Assembly: GCA_965197645.1 (NCBI GenBank)
Contig: OZ240219.1
Location: 1,024,001-1,088,000 of the forward strand
Source: Dehalococcoidia bacterium
GTDB lineage: Bacteria > Chloroflexota > Dehalococcoidia > Plut-88900
Length of the DNA: 64,000 nt
Direction of reading: 5' to 3'
Part shown: piece by piece, positions 1 through 9,675 of the stretch
Layout: every line of letters begins with the position of its first letter
Numbering within the stretch: the first letter of the stretch is position 1
The notes under the pieces: generated by a model
Told to the model about the DNA's origin: nothing
The model's input: the letters and a program-made list of their open reading frames with translations, nothing else
Database searches by the model: none
Program-made: the position numbers and the translations under genes

Positions 1-430
1 GGCCGCGTACCCACTCCGATATCATCCTCTGCCCTTGGTACTCCGCCTCCTCGCCGGCGAGGAACTTCCTGACGAACATGGTCGCTTCTCTAAGCTCCTT
101 ATGAGGGATGGGCTTCATGATCTTGCCGAAGGGGCCGCCGGCGCCCATTCCCAGGAAGAACCGGCCGCCCGTCAGCTCGTTGAGGGTGGCGGAGGCGTTG
201 GCAAGAACGGAGGGATGATAGGTCCGCGGGTCCACCACGGCCTGCCCGATACGGATGCGGCTGGTGCTCATGGCGGCGATGGTGGCCATGACGTGCGCGT
301 CCCGGGCGAGGTAAGGCTCGTCGACCAGGGTCATATGGGAAAAACCGGCCTCTTCGGCGGTGCGCGCCAGATCGGCCATTTCGTCAATCCTCTCGTTGCG
401 GCCCATGCCGACGCCAAAGTTTACTTTCAC
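1..430 (-). CDS. LLM class flavin/F420-dependent oxidoreductase (partial, runs off window start)
   Basis: Not in ORF track. Manual translation from GTG at 430: MKVNFGVGMGRNERIDEMADLARTAEEAGFSHMTLVDEPYLARDAHVMATIAAMSTSRIRIGQAVVDPRTYHPSVLANASATLNELTGGRFFLGMGAG. Clear paralog of 20598..21632. Confidence 0.85.
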   Translation of the reverse strand, partial: MKVNFGVGMGRNERIDEMADLARTAEEAGFSHMTLVDEPYLARDAHVMATIAAMSTSRIRIGQAVVDPRTYHPSVLANASATLNELTGGRFFLGMGAGGPFGKIMKPIPHKELREATMFVRKFLAGEEAEYQGQRMISEWVRG

Positions 431-555
431 TGTAACTCTCCTTCGGGATACGCTCCCGTTCTTATGGTAGGCCCAATGCTAACACGGTATCGCCGGAGGG
501 TGTAGACTAAGCGCCGAATACTCGGATTTACCGGGCCCCGATGAAGGAGGACGCC

Positions 556-2475
556 ATGGCCGACGACGGGCTGCGCATCGAGAGGAACCTGCAGATCCAG
601 CTCAGCGACGGCGTGTCGCTGGTTGGCGACGTGTACATGCCCGATAGCGGCGGCCCGTTTCCGGCGTTGCTCGGCTTCACTCCCTATCGAAAAGACGATA
701 TGGGAGGCTCCTTTTCCGACTACGGTCGGCGTTGGTTTGCCAGGCACGGCTACGCCTGCGTCCTGGTGGATTTTCGTGGGCTGGGAGGCTCGGAGGGGGT
801 AGCGGAGGGAGCGATGCACCCCCAGGAGAGCAAGGATGTAGCCGAGGTGGTGGAATGGGTCGCCGCCCAGTCCTGGTGCGATGGAGGAGTGGGGATGTGG
901 GGCGTCTCCTACGAAGCGATCACGTCTCTGGAGGCCGCCGCCCAGAACCCGCCCCATCTCAAGGCTATCGTCCCCATTCAGGGAGCCTTCGACATCTACG
1001 ACGACTGGTTCTATCCTGGGGGATGCGCCAACATGCTGGGCGCACCGGGCATGTGGGGCTCCTTCATGCTTGGCCTCAGTCTCATGCCCCCGACCCTGCA
1101 GGACAATGAGGGTAGATGGTACAGGATATGGCGAGAGCGGCTGGAGACCAACGAACCGATGATGCTCTCATGGCCGGCCCATCCCGATAAGGATGAGTTC
1201 TGGCGCTCCCGGATACTCGAAGTGGAGAAGATCACGGTGCCGACCTACGCCATCGGGAGCTGGTGGGATATTTTCCCCGAGGCGATGACGGCAGTCTACG
1301 GCAAGCTCTCGGGGCCCAAGAAGCTGTTGATGGGGCCGTGGATGCACGGCAATCCCGATGACTCCGCCTTCGAGCCGCTGGATGTCCTCAGGGAGCTGCT
1401 TCGGTGGTGGGACCACTGGCTCAAGGGCGAGGACACGGGAATAATGGACGAACCTCCCGTAACCATCTACGTCCAGGGAGGTGGATGGAGGCATGAGACC
1501 GATTGGCCCAGCCCCGTGGCCGATGATACGAACCTGTTCCTGGGCGGCGAAGGCAGCTTGGTCGAAGAGGCGCCGCCAACTCAGACCACCGATGGGTACG
1601 AAGCGGACCCGACTGTGGGGACCACTTCCACCCTGTGGGACCCCATGGCCATAGGTGTGGGAAAGCCCCTGGACCAGGGGCCCGACGACCTGTTATCCCT
1701 CACATACACTACCCGTCCACTGACCGAAGATATGGAGATAACGGGGTCGCCTGAGGCGGTGGTATACGCGGCAATAGACGGTGCCGAAGACGTAAACCTG
1801 GTGGCCAAGCTGTGCGACATCGATGGAGACGGCGGGTCATCCCTGGTGACCACCGGCTGGCTGAAGGGAGGCCATCACAGGTCCCACGAGACGCCCGAGA
1901 AGCTGGAACCGGGCCGGGTCTACGAATTCCACGTACCCATGTGGGCCACCTCCTACATCATCCCGAAGGGCCACCGGCTCCGGCTGAGCCTATCTTGTTC
2001 AGACTTTCCCCGGATATGGCCAACGCCATCGAACTCGACGGTAACGGTACACATCGGGAACTCTCGAGTCTGCCTGCCGGTGGTCAAGAGAGCTTCGGAC
2101 CTGCCCGCTCCTACCATCCTCCGTCCCGAGACGGACCCTGAGAGAAGTGAAGGGATGCTGGCCTCGGTACCTACGTGGACCATCGAGCACGACCTGGCCA
2201 ACGATACGAAGACGGTGCGGGTCGGGCAACATTCGGACACGATGCTCAAAAACGGGGGCAGGTTCAAGTACAGCCATGTCGCCGTCACGAGCACGAGCCG
2301 ATCACGGCCCGACGGCGCAAGCCTGAAGTCGGAGTCGAAGATCAGCTTCGAGTCGCCGTTGTCAGGGCTGATCGAAATGGAGTCCGATACCTGGTCTTCC
2401 CACCAAGCGATGGCATTGAACGTCCGCATCACGATGGACGGGCACGAGATGTTTCGCAAGAGCTGGCATCGCTAG
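556..2475 (+). CDS. CocE/NonD family serine hydrolase (peptidase S15 + PepX C-terminal domain)
   Basis: TPYRK, VDFRGLGGSEG, nucleophile G-V-S-Y, GPWMH; AAGGAGG RBS favours ATG 556 over 541. Confidence 0.88.
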   Translation: MADDGLRIERNLQIQLSDGVSLVGDVYMPDSGGPFPALLGFTPYRKDDMGGSFSDYGRRWFARHGYACVLVDFRGLGGSEGVAEGAMHPQESKDVAEVVEWVAAQSWCDGGVGMWGVSYEAITSLEAAAQNPPHLKAIVPIQGAFDIYDDWFYPGGCANMLGAPGMWGSFMLGLSLMPPTLQDNEGRWYRIWRERLETNEPMMLSWPAHPDKDEFWRSRILEVEKITVPTYAIGSWWDIFPEAMTAVYGKLSGPKKLLMGPWMHGNPDDSAFEPLDVLRELLRWWDHWLKGEDTGIMDEPPVTIYVQGGGWRHETDWPSPVADDTNLFLGGEGSLVEEAPPTQTTDGYEADPTVGTTSTLWDPMAIGVGKPLDQGPDDLLSLTYTTRPLTEDMEITGSPEAVVYAAIDGAEDVNLVAKLCDIDGDGGSSLVTTGWLKGGHHRSHETPEKLEPGRVYEFHVPMWATSYIIPKGHRLRLSLSCSDFPRIWPTPSNSTVTVHIGNSRVCLPVVKRASDLPAPTILRPETDPERSEGMLASVPTWTIEHDLANDTKTVRVGQHSDTMLKNGGRFKYSHVAVTSTSRSRPDGASLKSESKISFESPLSGLIEMESDTWSSHQAMALNVRITMDGHEMFRKSWHR

Positions 2476-2526
2476 CGAGGCAGAAGGTTTCATAAACCGA
2501 CGGGCCTACCGGACCGACAACGCACC

Positions 2527-4332
2527 ATGGTTACAAGAGAGGAAGAGGAACAGGCTCTCGAGGAGCATGACTCGGTATTTGGGAAGCACCGCAACTACGC
2601 TCCTCCCCAGTACGAGAGCTACACCAACAAAGCTATATACCTTGCCATGAGCGAAGGTCACCGGATAGCGATCGATGTTACGCTGCCCGCACCGCTGCCA
2701 TCCGACTCCAGAATCCCCACCGTGCTCTACGTTACACGATACTGGCGGGCGAAGAAGAGTGACCCCGTCGACGACCTGGACCTCTTCTTCACAAGTCACG
2801 GCTATGCATTCGTTCGAGCGGATGAACGGGGCACCGGGGCATCCTCCGGCACGTGGCCCCATATGTGGCCTCGAGACGCCCTCTCGGACTATCGGCAGAT
2901 AATCGACTGGATCGTAGCCCAACCCTGGTCAAACGGTAAGGTTGGTGGGATTGGGGTCTCCTATTGTGGCACCACCGCCCAGATGCTGGCGGCCACCGGA
3001 CACCCAGCTGTCAAGGCGGTGATCCCAAAGTTCATCGAGCTGGATGTATACACGGATATCATCTTCCCAGGCGGAATTCTACTGGGCCCGCTGTGGAAGG
3101 AGTATGTCGAAAGATGTCGGCAGCTGGACTTGAACCGGGACATGGACGCGAGCTCCGGCGAGTCCCTCGGCACGGTCAAACCGGTGGATGCGGATGCCGA
3201 TGGGTCGATGTTGGCTGCGGCCATCGACGAGCATAGGGCCACAAACCCCGACTTTCTGGCCAGCACGTTGGTGACCTTTCGTGATGACGTGATTCCAGGC
3301 ATTGGCGTGACGATAGACGACTTCAGTGTGCATGAACTGCGTGACGAGATAGAGCGTTCCCGGGTGGCAATTTACGGCTGGGGCAGCTGGAACGACGCTT
3401 GCACCGCCGGCACGGTGCTCAGGCGCTTCACCACATTCACCAACCCACAGAGGGCGGTCATCGGCGCTTGGAACCACGGCGGCGACAAGAACGCCAACCA
3501 GTACCGACCGGACTATTCTCCCCCCGTGCCCAGCTACCTCGCGCAGTGGTTGGAGGACCTCCGATTCTTCGACTATCACCTGGACGGTGTGGACACCGGA
3601 ATAGCGGACGAGGATCTGTTGATATACCTGACGATGGGGGAGGAGAGGTGGAAGCGCACCTCGGTCTGGCCTCCGCCCACCAGCTACCAGCGATGGTATG
3701 CTCACCCCGAAGGCGTGCTCCAGTCCGGCCCCTCTCCGTCGAAAACGGGCGCCGATCGATATGAGGTGGACTTCGAGGCAAGCTCGGGGAGCGAGACCAT
3801 CTGGCATACCGAGTTCTCCACCGAGGATGTCGTCTACGGGGATAGGGCCGGGGCCGATTCGCGCTTGCTGACCTACACTTCGAGACCGCTGGAAGCCGAC
3901 GTTGAGGTCACCGGACATCCCGTGGTGACTTTATACGTGACCTCCAACCGGGAGGACGGCGCCTTCTTCGTCTACCTGGAGGACGTGTTCCCAGACGGCG
4001 AGGTGAAGTACGTGACCGAGGGACAGCTGCGAGCACTGCACGGAAAGGTATCCAAGGACGAACCCCCGTATAGGATGTTTGCGCCTCATCATAGCTACAA
4101 ACGGGCCGACGCTGCCCCATTTGTCCCCGGCGAGGTGAAGGAGCTCGTGATCGGCCTTCAGCCCACCTCGGTCCTATTTCGCAAGGGGCACTGCATCCGG
4201 ATCGCTATTGCGGGCCATGACAAGGGTGCTTTTGAGCGAGTACCCCACGACGCAGAGTCCGGCGTAGTCATCCAGGTACAATGTAACGAGACCCATTCCT
4301 CCCACGTAGATTTACCCATCATCGCCAGGTAA
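2527..4332 (+). CDS. CocE/NonD family serine hydrolase
   Basis: TRYWR, DERGTGASSG, G-V-S-Y-C-G, GAWNHGG, C-terminal LLTYTS..L...EVTGHP. Confidence 0.88.
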   Translation: MVTREEEEQALEEHDSVFGKHRNYAPPQYESYTNKAIYLAMSEGHRIAIDVTLPAPLPSDSRIPTVLYVTRYWRAKKSDPVDDLDLFFTSHGYAFVRADERGTGASSGTWPHMWPRDALSDYRQIIDWIVAQPWSNGKVGGIGVSYCGTTAQMLAATGHPAVKAVIPKFIELDVYTDIIFPGGILLGPLWKEYVERCRQLDLNRDMDASSGESLGTVKPVDADADGSMLAAAIDEHRATNPDFLASTLVTFRDDVIPGIGVTIDDFSVHELRDEIERSRVAIYGWGSWNDACTAGTVLRRFTTFTNPQRAVIGAWNHGGDKNANQYRPDYSPPVPSYLAQWLEDLRFFDYHLDGVDTGIADEDLLIYLTMGEERWKRTSVWPPPTSYQRWYAHPEGVLQSGPSPSKTGADRYEVDFEASSGSETIWHTEFSTEDVVYGDRAGADSRLLTYTSRPLEADVEVTGHPVVTLYVTSNREDGAFFVYLEDVFPDGEVKYVTEGQLRALHGKVSKDEPPYRMFAPHHSYKRADAAPFVPGEVKELVIGLQPTSVLFRKGHCIRIAIAGHDKGAFERVPHDAESGVVIQVQCNETHSSHVDLPIIAR

Positions 4333-4401
4333 ATCAGGGGGAGATTCGGCTATACTAGGCTGGCTTGAAAGGACATAACCGGCGCTGTAAAGGACTGAGC
4401 A

Positions 4402-5382
4402 ATGAAGTTCGATATATGTCTTCCCAACGGGATGGAGGGCCTACTGGTACCCGCCCCCTTCGCCGGCCCCGAGGAGATCACCAAGTTCGCCAGGGAGGCC
4501 GAGCGCTTGGGGTACAACGCCATATGGGCCTTTGATTTCATCGTTCCGGCTGCCGGCTTGCCCATCCCCGATGGTGAGACGCCCAACTGGTACGAGATGT
4601 TGACCACGCTAGCTTACGTCTCCGGGGTGACGGACCGGCTCAGGCTGGTCGCGGGGGTGGTGGTGCTGCCCAACCGGGAGCCGGTGCTGCTGGCCAAACA
4701 GGCGGCCACCATCGATCAGTTCAGCAACGGGCGGCTTGACCTGGGTATAGGATTGGGAGGCCGGCAGGAGTTCGAATCGATACAGCCTCGGGAGCGGGGC
4801 GCTTATCGAGGAGACATGGTCGATGAGAAGCTGGAGGCCCTCAAGCTCCTGCTGAGCCAAAGCAACGAGCCGGCCAGCTACAAGGGCAAGTACGTCGAGT
4901 TCGAGGATATCAACCTCGACCCCAAGCCGGTGCAGGATCCGCTGCCCATGTTCACCGCGGCGGAGACTCCGGCCCCGTTGAGGCGTGCAGTCAAGTGGGG
5001 CCTCACCCCGATCATACGGGACAAGGACCTGGTGGAGAGGAAGAAGCAGCTGGAGCCGCTGCTGGAGGAGCACGGCAAATCGCTGCAGGACATACAGATT
5101 GCGGTCTGGGCCGACATCAGTATCGAGCCGACCACCAAGGCAGCCGCCGACCGGTACATGAACAGCAGAATGGGGCTCTTCCGCAACCAGGACGCCGAAA
5201 GCCTGACCCGGGAACACTGGATCGGCACCGTGGAAGAGGTGGCGGAAAAGCTGGTCAGGATCAAGAACGAGGGCGTCGATCACGTGGTGGCCATGCATAC
5301 AGCCACCAATACCTTCGAGGAGATGATGGAACAGGCCCAGCTCTTCGCCGAAGACGTCAAGCCCCTGGTAGACAAGGCCTGA
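4402..5382 (+). CDS. LLM class (probably F420-dependent) oxidoreductase
   Basis: AERLGYNAIW, VLPNREPVLLAKQAATIDQFSNGRLDLGIG, PKPVQDPLP. Confidence 0.88.
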   Translation: MKFDICLPNGMEGLLVPAPFAGPEEITKFAREAERLGYNAIWAFDFIVPAAGLPIPDGETPNWYEMLTTLAYVSGVTDRLRLVAGVVVLPNREPVLLAKQAATIDQFSNGRLDLGIGLGGRQEFESIQPRERGAYRGDMVDEKLEALKLLLSQSNEPASYKGKYVEFEDINLDPKPVQDPLPMFTAAETPAPLRRAVKWGLTPIIRDKDLVERKKQLEPLLEEHGKSLQDIQIAVWADISIEPTTKAAADRYMNSRMGLFRNQDAESLTREHWIGTVEEVAEKLVRIKNEGVDHVVAMHTATNTFEEMMEQAQLFAEDVKPLVDKA

Positions 5383-5404
5383 TTGTAGAACCCGAGGAGC
5401 GAAA

Positions 5405-6442
5405 ATGGCAGACGCAGGCCCTACACCCAACGCTTTCGAGTTGCCGGACACCGTCGAGGCGATCGAGTACTACTACGAGCAAGGCCTCACCGATGGACTT
5501 CCGGTGGTGCCGCCCACTGAGCAAAGGGTGATTCAGTTCCTGGAGCAGGGTGGCGTCGAGCCCGACGAGGTGCTGGGTACCCGGCCCAGCCGCAACTGGG
5601 TGGTGACCGCAGATAAGGTGGCCATCAACGCCATAATGGCCGGGTGCCTTCCCGAATACGCTCCGGTTGTCCTGGCCGCGGTCAGAGCTATGATGAAGCC
5701 CGCGTTCAACGCCTCGGCAATAACCGAGACCACCGGGGGGATGTCGACGCCGATGGTACTGGTCAACGGACCGATCAGCCGAGAGCTGGACATCAACTCG
5801 GGCTGGAACCTCTTTGGGCCGGGCTGGAGGGCCAACTCGACCATCGGCCGGAGCCTGCGGCTGGTCCTCATCAATGTCTGCAACGAGGTCCCGGGCATCA
5901 GGGACAAGTCGGCCTTCGGCAGCCCCGCCCGTTACACCTGTTGCATCGCCGAAGCCGAGGAGACCAGCCCCTGGGAACCGTGGCACGTGGAAAAGGGATA
6001 CCCGCTGGACTCCAACGCGGTCACCCTCTTCGCCGCCTTTCCTCCCATGAGCGTCTCCAACTACGTCGACAACACCCCCGAGGGGATTCTGGACACGATA
6101 AGCCAGAACATCGCTGCCAACAACACGTGCCACGGCGAGGTGATACTCATCATGAGTGGCGAGCACCTGGCCACTATAGGGCCGGCGGGCTGGAGCAAGA
6201 GACGGGTGAAAGAGTACATCGCAAACAAGGTCGATGAGCTCAAGCCGGTCTTATACCTTGATCAGGGGCGTGGTTACGAAATGGGAGGATCGACTCCTCA
6301 GCCTTCCAAACCCCCGGCGAGACCCACTTCGCCGGACGACATCGACCTGCTGGTGGGTGGAGGGCCGGGAGGCGGGGTATCTGCACTGCTGCCCCTCTTC
6401 GGCATCGGCGATACGGTAATGGAACCGATTGTAGAGCCCTAA
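5405..6442 (+). CDS. Conserved hypothetical protein (TDGLPVVPPT family, recalled as often near UGSC/thioredoxin-like genes)
   Basis: TDGLPVVPPT, KVAINAIMAGCLPEY, RANSTIGR, CCIAEAEE..PWEP; GAGG RBS. Confidence 0.7.
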   Translation: MADAGPTPNAFELPDTVEAIEYYYEQGLTDGLPVVPPTEQRVIQFLEQGGVEPDEVLGTRPSRNWVVTADKVAINAIMAGCLPEYAPVVLAAVRAMMKPAFNASAITETTGGMSTPMVLVNGPISRELDINSGWNLFGPGWRANSTIGRSLRLVLINVCNEVPGIRDKSAFGSPARYTCCIAEAEETSPWEPWHVEKGYPLDSNAVTLFAAFPPMSVSNYVDNTPEGILDTISQNIAANNTCHGEVILIMSGEHLATIGPAGWSKRRVKEYIANKVDELKPVLYLDQGRGYEMGGSTPQPSKPPARPTSPDDIDLLVGGGPGGGVSALLPLFGIGDTVMEPIVEP

Positions 6443-6459
6443 AGGGTGGTGAAAAACTA

Positions 6460-6570
6460 CTTCGACCATCCCCCTGGCCCCCTTCCTGGCCAGGAAGGGG
6501 GGAAGAAATAAAGATAGTTTCTGAGGGACACCCTCAGACTCCTGGCAAAGGGGCTTCGCCCCTCTGCACA
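6460..6570. repeat. Palindromic intergenic repeat module (REP/MITE-like left arm)
   Basis: 24-bp perfect palindrome 6478..6501, then CTGAGGGACACCCTCAG hairpin and GGGGCTTCGCCCC hairpin; related copies near 21643, 25776, 26065, 48504, 50030. Confidence 0.8.
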
Positions 6571-6862
6571 CCCCACGGATTGCCCCCACAGGCTGCCCTA
6601 CACCCATAACATGAGAGAAGAGAGGGCGAAGCCCCTTTGCACACCTCACGGATTGCCCCTACAGGCTGCCCTGCACCCATAACATGAGAGAAGAGAGGGC
6701 GAAGCCCCTTTGCACACCCCAGGGATTGCCCCCACAAGCTGCCCTGCACCCATAACATGAGAGAAGAGAGGGCGAAGCCCCTCTGCACACCTCACGGATT
6801 GCCCTTACAGGCTGCCCTGCACCCATAGCATGAGAGAAGAAAGGGCGAAGCCCCTCTGCACG
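6558..6862. repeat. 73-bp tandem repeat, about 4.1 copies
   Basis: TGCAC anchor recurs at 6565, 6638, 6711, 6784, 6857; units near-identical; no unique spacers. Confidence 0.95.
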
Positions 6863-6909
6863 TCCCATGTTTCATCGGCTTGCGGCAGGCGTGTAGGTGG
6901 CCTGCTTGC

Positions 6910-9648
6910 TTAGGCCAGATTCCGGGGGACGAAACTCATCTTGTGTTTGATCTCGGACTCCCCGGTCTTTCGCACTCGGCCCTTGCCCAGCTTGTATCGG
7001 TACCGGTTGTTGATGGGGTCGGTCTGGCCGGGCGACACGCTGTTTACCGCCGTCGACAGCTGGCCCTGGAGGAAGTTGAAATACCCGCAAGTGACCCCCG
7101 GAGGCACCTGGGGAGTAACGAAGGCCACCGCCTCGAAGCTGGCGGAGTCGTATCCGCCCGACTGGGTGAGGACCCGATCGTTCTCCACCACCACGGTATC
7201 GCCGCTTTCGATGCCTCGCGCCGCGGCGTCCGCCGGATTGATCTCCAGGAAATTGGCCGGGAATAGGTCCCACCGGTAGGGTATGCGCACGTCGTCGAAC
7301 TGGGACTGCCAGTGCTCGTTGATGCGGGTGTTGGTCACCCACAGCTCGCCTCCCGTGGGCGCGAATTCCTCCTGAAACGGCTTGACCTCATTCCAGTCCC
7401 CGTTCACGAAGATGGCTTTCCTGCTCGCGGTCCCGAACCCATCTTCATGCAGCCGGACCGTCCCCCGAAGCTGGTCCCCGACCCTGGTAATGGGACACTG
7501 GATGCCCGTGGTGCCCAGCTCTCGCAGGACCTCGTGGGCACGCCGGCCCCGGTCCCGAGCCAGCTCGACCAGTGCGGAGTAGTCATGGACGCTGCCCCTG
7601 GACGCCTCCGAGGCCTCCTCGAACACTTCGTTGGGTGCGTCCCAGTCGAACCCTTCGAACCCCATGCGTTTGGCCACCTGGGCTATGATCCACCAATCGG
7701 GCTTCGCCTCTCCGGGCGGGTCCATGAACTTGGAGTAGAGTCGCAGGCGGCGCTCACCCTGCATTCGTGAAACGTCCACCTCCCCCCACGTGGCAGCGGG
7801 AAGGAGCAGGTCGGCGAACTCGGTGAGGGCATTTTCGTATATCTCCTGCTGGACCAGCGCCATCCCGCCGTTGTCGATCCGGGCTCTGAGTAGATCGAAG
7901 ACGTTCTGGTAGTTGAACCGGCCGGAGGCACTGCCTCCCTCGAATGCATCCTGGAGCGTCAACTGCGGCTCCGTTTCTCGAGTCAGTCTCCGGACCTGCT
8001 TGGCCAGGTGTTGGGATGCGCCCATGGCTGCCATCCAGGTAGACCCGATGACCCACATGAAGCGCACGTTGTCCTCGGCGACCCACCTGTCCAGGTTCAA
8101 CTCGATGTTGTTGCCCTTGAAGTTATCAGCCGACTTTTCCTTGGGGTACTTCCCTCCTTTGATCATGCCTCGCTGGTGGCCGCCGCCCCGAGAGATCATT
8201 CTGCCCGGCCGATTACCGGCGCCGGTCAGCAGTCCCAGGCTGACGAAAGAGGCGGTGTTCTCGTAGTTGTGGCCCCAGTAGTTGCCCTTCTCCACCATCA
8301 GGGAAGTAAGGGGACGGACGCCATCGTCCTTGGGTTTCGACAGCATTTCAGCGGCCTGGCGGATCTTCTCGGCGGGGACGCCCGTTATCGCTTCTGCATT
8401 CTCCGGGGTGTAACTCGGCTCGCCCAGGACGGTGTCCCTGTATTGATCGAAGGTCATGCCGAACATGCTTCGTCGCCACGAGGTCTCCCTCCCAAGCTCC
8501 TCGCTGCCGGCGGTGTGCTGGGCGATAAACTCCCCGTCTTCCCAGCCATTCTCCAGGATGACCCTGGCGATGGCGTTGTTCAGCACGGTATCGGTGCCGG
8601 GTACGAGCTGCAGATGGAGACCTCCCCTTTTCTCGGCGAAGCTGGCCGTGTAGTCCTTACGAGGGTTCACCACGACCAGCTTGGCCCCACCCGGTGATAT
8701 CCACTGCTGGAACAAGATGGACTTGGTCTCGTACAGCGTGACCCCGGAGACGTATATGACCTCGGCATCCTTCCAGTCCTGGTAGGAGGCGCTGAAGGCG
8801 TTGACTCCGGCGTCGCTGAGCCCGGGTGTGTCCGCGCCGTCGGCGGGTTTATCGTGAGGCGCCCAACAGGGAGTGTTGATGGCGTCCAGAGCCAGCTTGG
8901 TAAGGGCGTAGGTATTCTCGTAGTAAGCGTACGAGTACATCTTCATGCCCCATGCCATCTCGGAATACCTATCGATAACATATCGGGATAGGTCGGCCAC
9001 CAGGTTCAGGGCGTCCTCCCAGGGGATGGGCACCAGCTGGTCACCGACCCTGATCTGCGGATGCTGGAGCCGGTCTTTGGTGGGCTTGCCGGCGTGGTAG
9101 AGCTTTTGAGAGAGGGTCCCGCCCCGGACGCTGTGGTCTCCGGATACGTTCACCACCTTCGTATCGCCGTCGGGGATGATCAGCACGTGGTGAGACTCCT
9201 GCCCGATCATAACGATGTTCTGCATGTTGGGTGATATCCACTTGCCGGAGAGGGTGGCAACGGGGAAATCGACGCCGAGGGCGTTCCCGGCGGCGCTGGC
9301 ATCTCCAGACGTTCCTACAGGCCAGGTATAGACCTTGTAGCCGCACCCAACCACGCAGTAGTCGCAGGCGGTTGTGGTGACCCTGGCGTTCCTGGGCGGT
9401 ATAACAACCTCGCCGGCCCCCTCGGGCGGTGGAGGTGAAATGGTAGAGGCTGGCGCCGGACCCGCCGTAGGAACAGCGGTGGGAGTGACGTCGGCGCCAC
9501 AGGCGGCAAGGACGGCGGCGGCACCGCCGACACCCAGTAGGGCCACAAAGGTCCGCCTGGACATACCTGCGGCCTTGGCCCTCACCCAGAGCGGCCCATT
9601 GTCGTTATCGGGCTGATGGTGTGGGAATCGGTTGACGGAGTCGGTCAT
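6910..9648 (-). CDS. DMSO-reductase-family molybdopterin oxidoreductase large subunit, AioA/IdrA clade (IdrA-like motifs), with Tat-lipoprotein signal
   Basis: [3Fe-4S] motif CDYCVVGC...HSVRGG, YSYAYYENT, HDKP, EKGNYW, SRGGGHQRG, LPAATWGE, ERRLRLYSKFMDPPGEAKPDW; N-terminal SRRTF...LAAC. Confidence 0.9.
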   Translation of the reverse strand: MTDSVNRFPHHQPDNDNGPLWVRAKAAGMSRRTFVALLGVGGAAAVLAACGADVTPTAVPTAGPAPASTISPPPPEGAGEVVIPPRNARVTTTACDYCVVGCGYKVYTWPVGTSGDASAAGNALGVDFPVATLSGKWISPNMQNIVMIGQESHHVLIIPDGDTKVVNVSGDHSVRGGTLSQKLYHAGKPTKDRLQHPQIRVGDQLVPIPWEDALNLVADLSRYVIDRYSEMAWGMKMYSYAYYENTYALTKLALDAINTPCWAPHDKPADGADTPGLSDAGVNAFSASYQDWKDAEVIYVSGVTLYETKSILFQQWISPGGAKLVVVNPRKDYTASFAEKRGGLHLQLVPGTDTVLNNAIARVILENGWEDGEFIAQHTAGSEELGRETSWRRSMFGMTFDQYRDTVLGEPSYTPENAEAITGVPAEKIRQAAEMLSKPKDDGVRPLTSLMVEKGNYWGHNYENTASFVSLGLLTGAGNRPGRMISRGGGHQRGMIKGGKYPKEKSADNFKGNNIELNLDRWVAEDNVRFMWVIGSTWMAAMGASQHLAKQVRRLTRETEPQLTLQDAFEGGSASGRFNYQNVFDLLRARIDNGGMALVQQEIYENALTEFADLLLPAATWGEVDVSRMQGERRLRLYSKFMDPPGEAKPDWWIIAQVAKRMGFEGFDWDAPNEVFEEASEASRGSVHDYSALVELARDRGRRAHEVLRELGTTGIQCPITRVGDQLRGTVRLHEDGFGTASRKAIFVNGDWNEVKPFQEEFAPTGGELWVTNTRINEHWQSQFDDVRIPYRWDLFPANFLEINPADAAARGIESGDTVVVENDRVLTQSGGYDSASFEAVAFVTPQVPPGVTCGYFNFLQGQLSTAVNSVSPGQTDPINNRYRYKLGKGRVRKTGESEIKHKMSFVPRNLA

Positions 9649-9675
9649 AGCACTGCTTCCCTGTATGTGAATCGA

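Noticed and set aside
6558-6862. CRISPR array
   Set aside because: Whole 73-bp units are near-identical, with no unique spacers and no cas genes in the window.
6251-6868. Short repetitive ORFs over the tandem array
   Set aside because: They are translations of the repeat; 73 is not a multiple of 3 and there are no protein motifs.
6910-9648. Assigning the gene symbol aioA or idrA
   Set aside because: Motifs diverge from canonical AioA and the idrP1P2 context is absent, so the substrate cannot be assigned from sequence.
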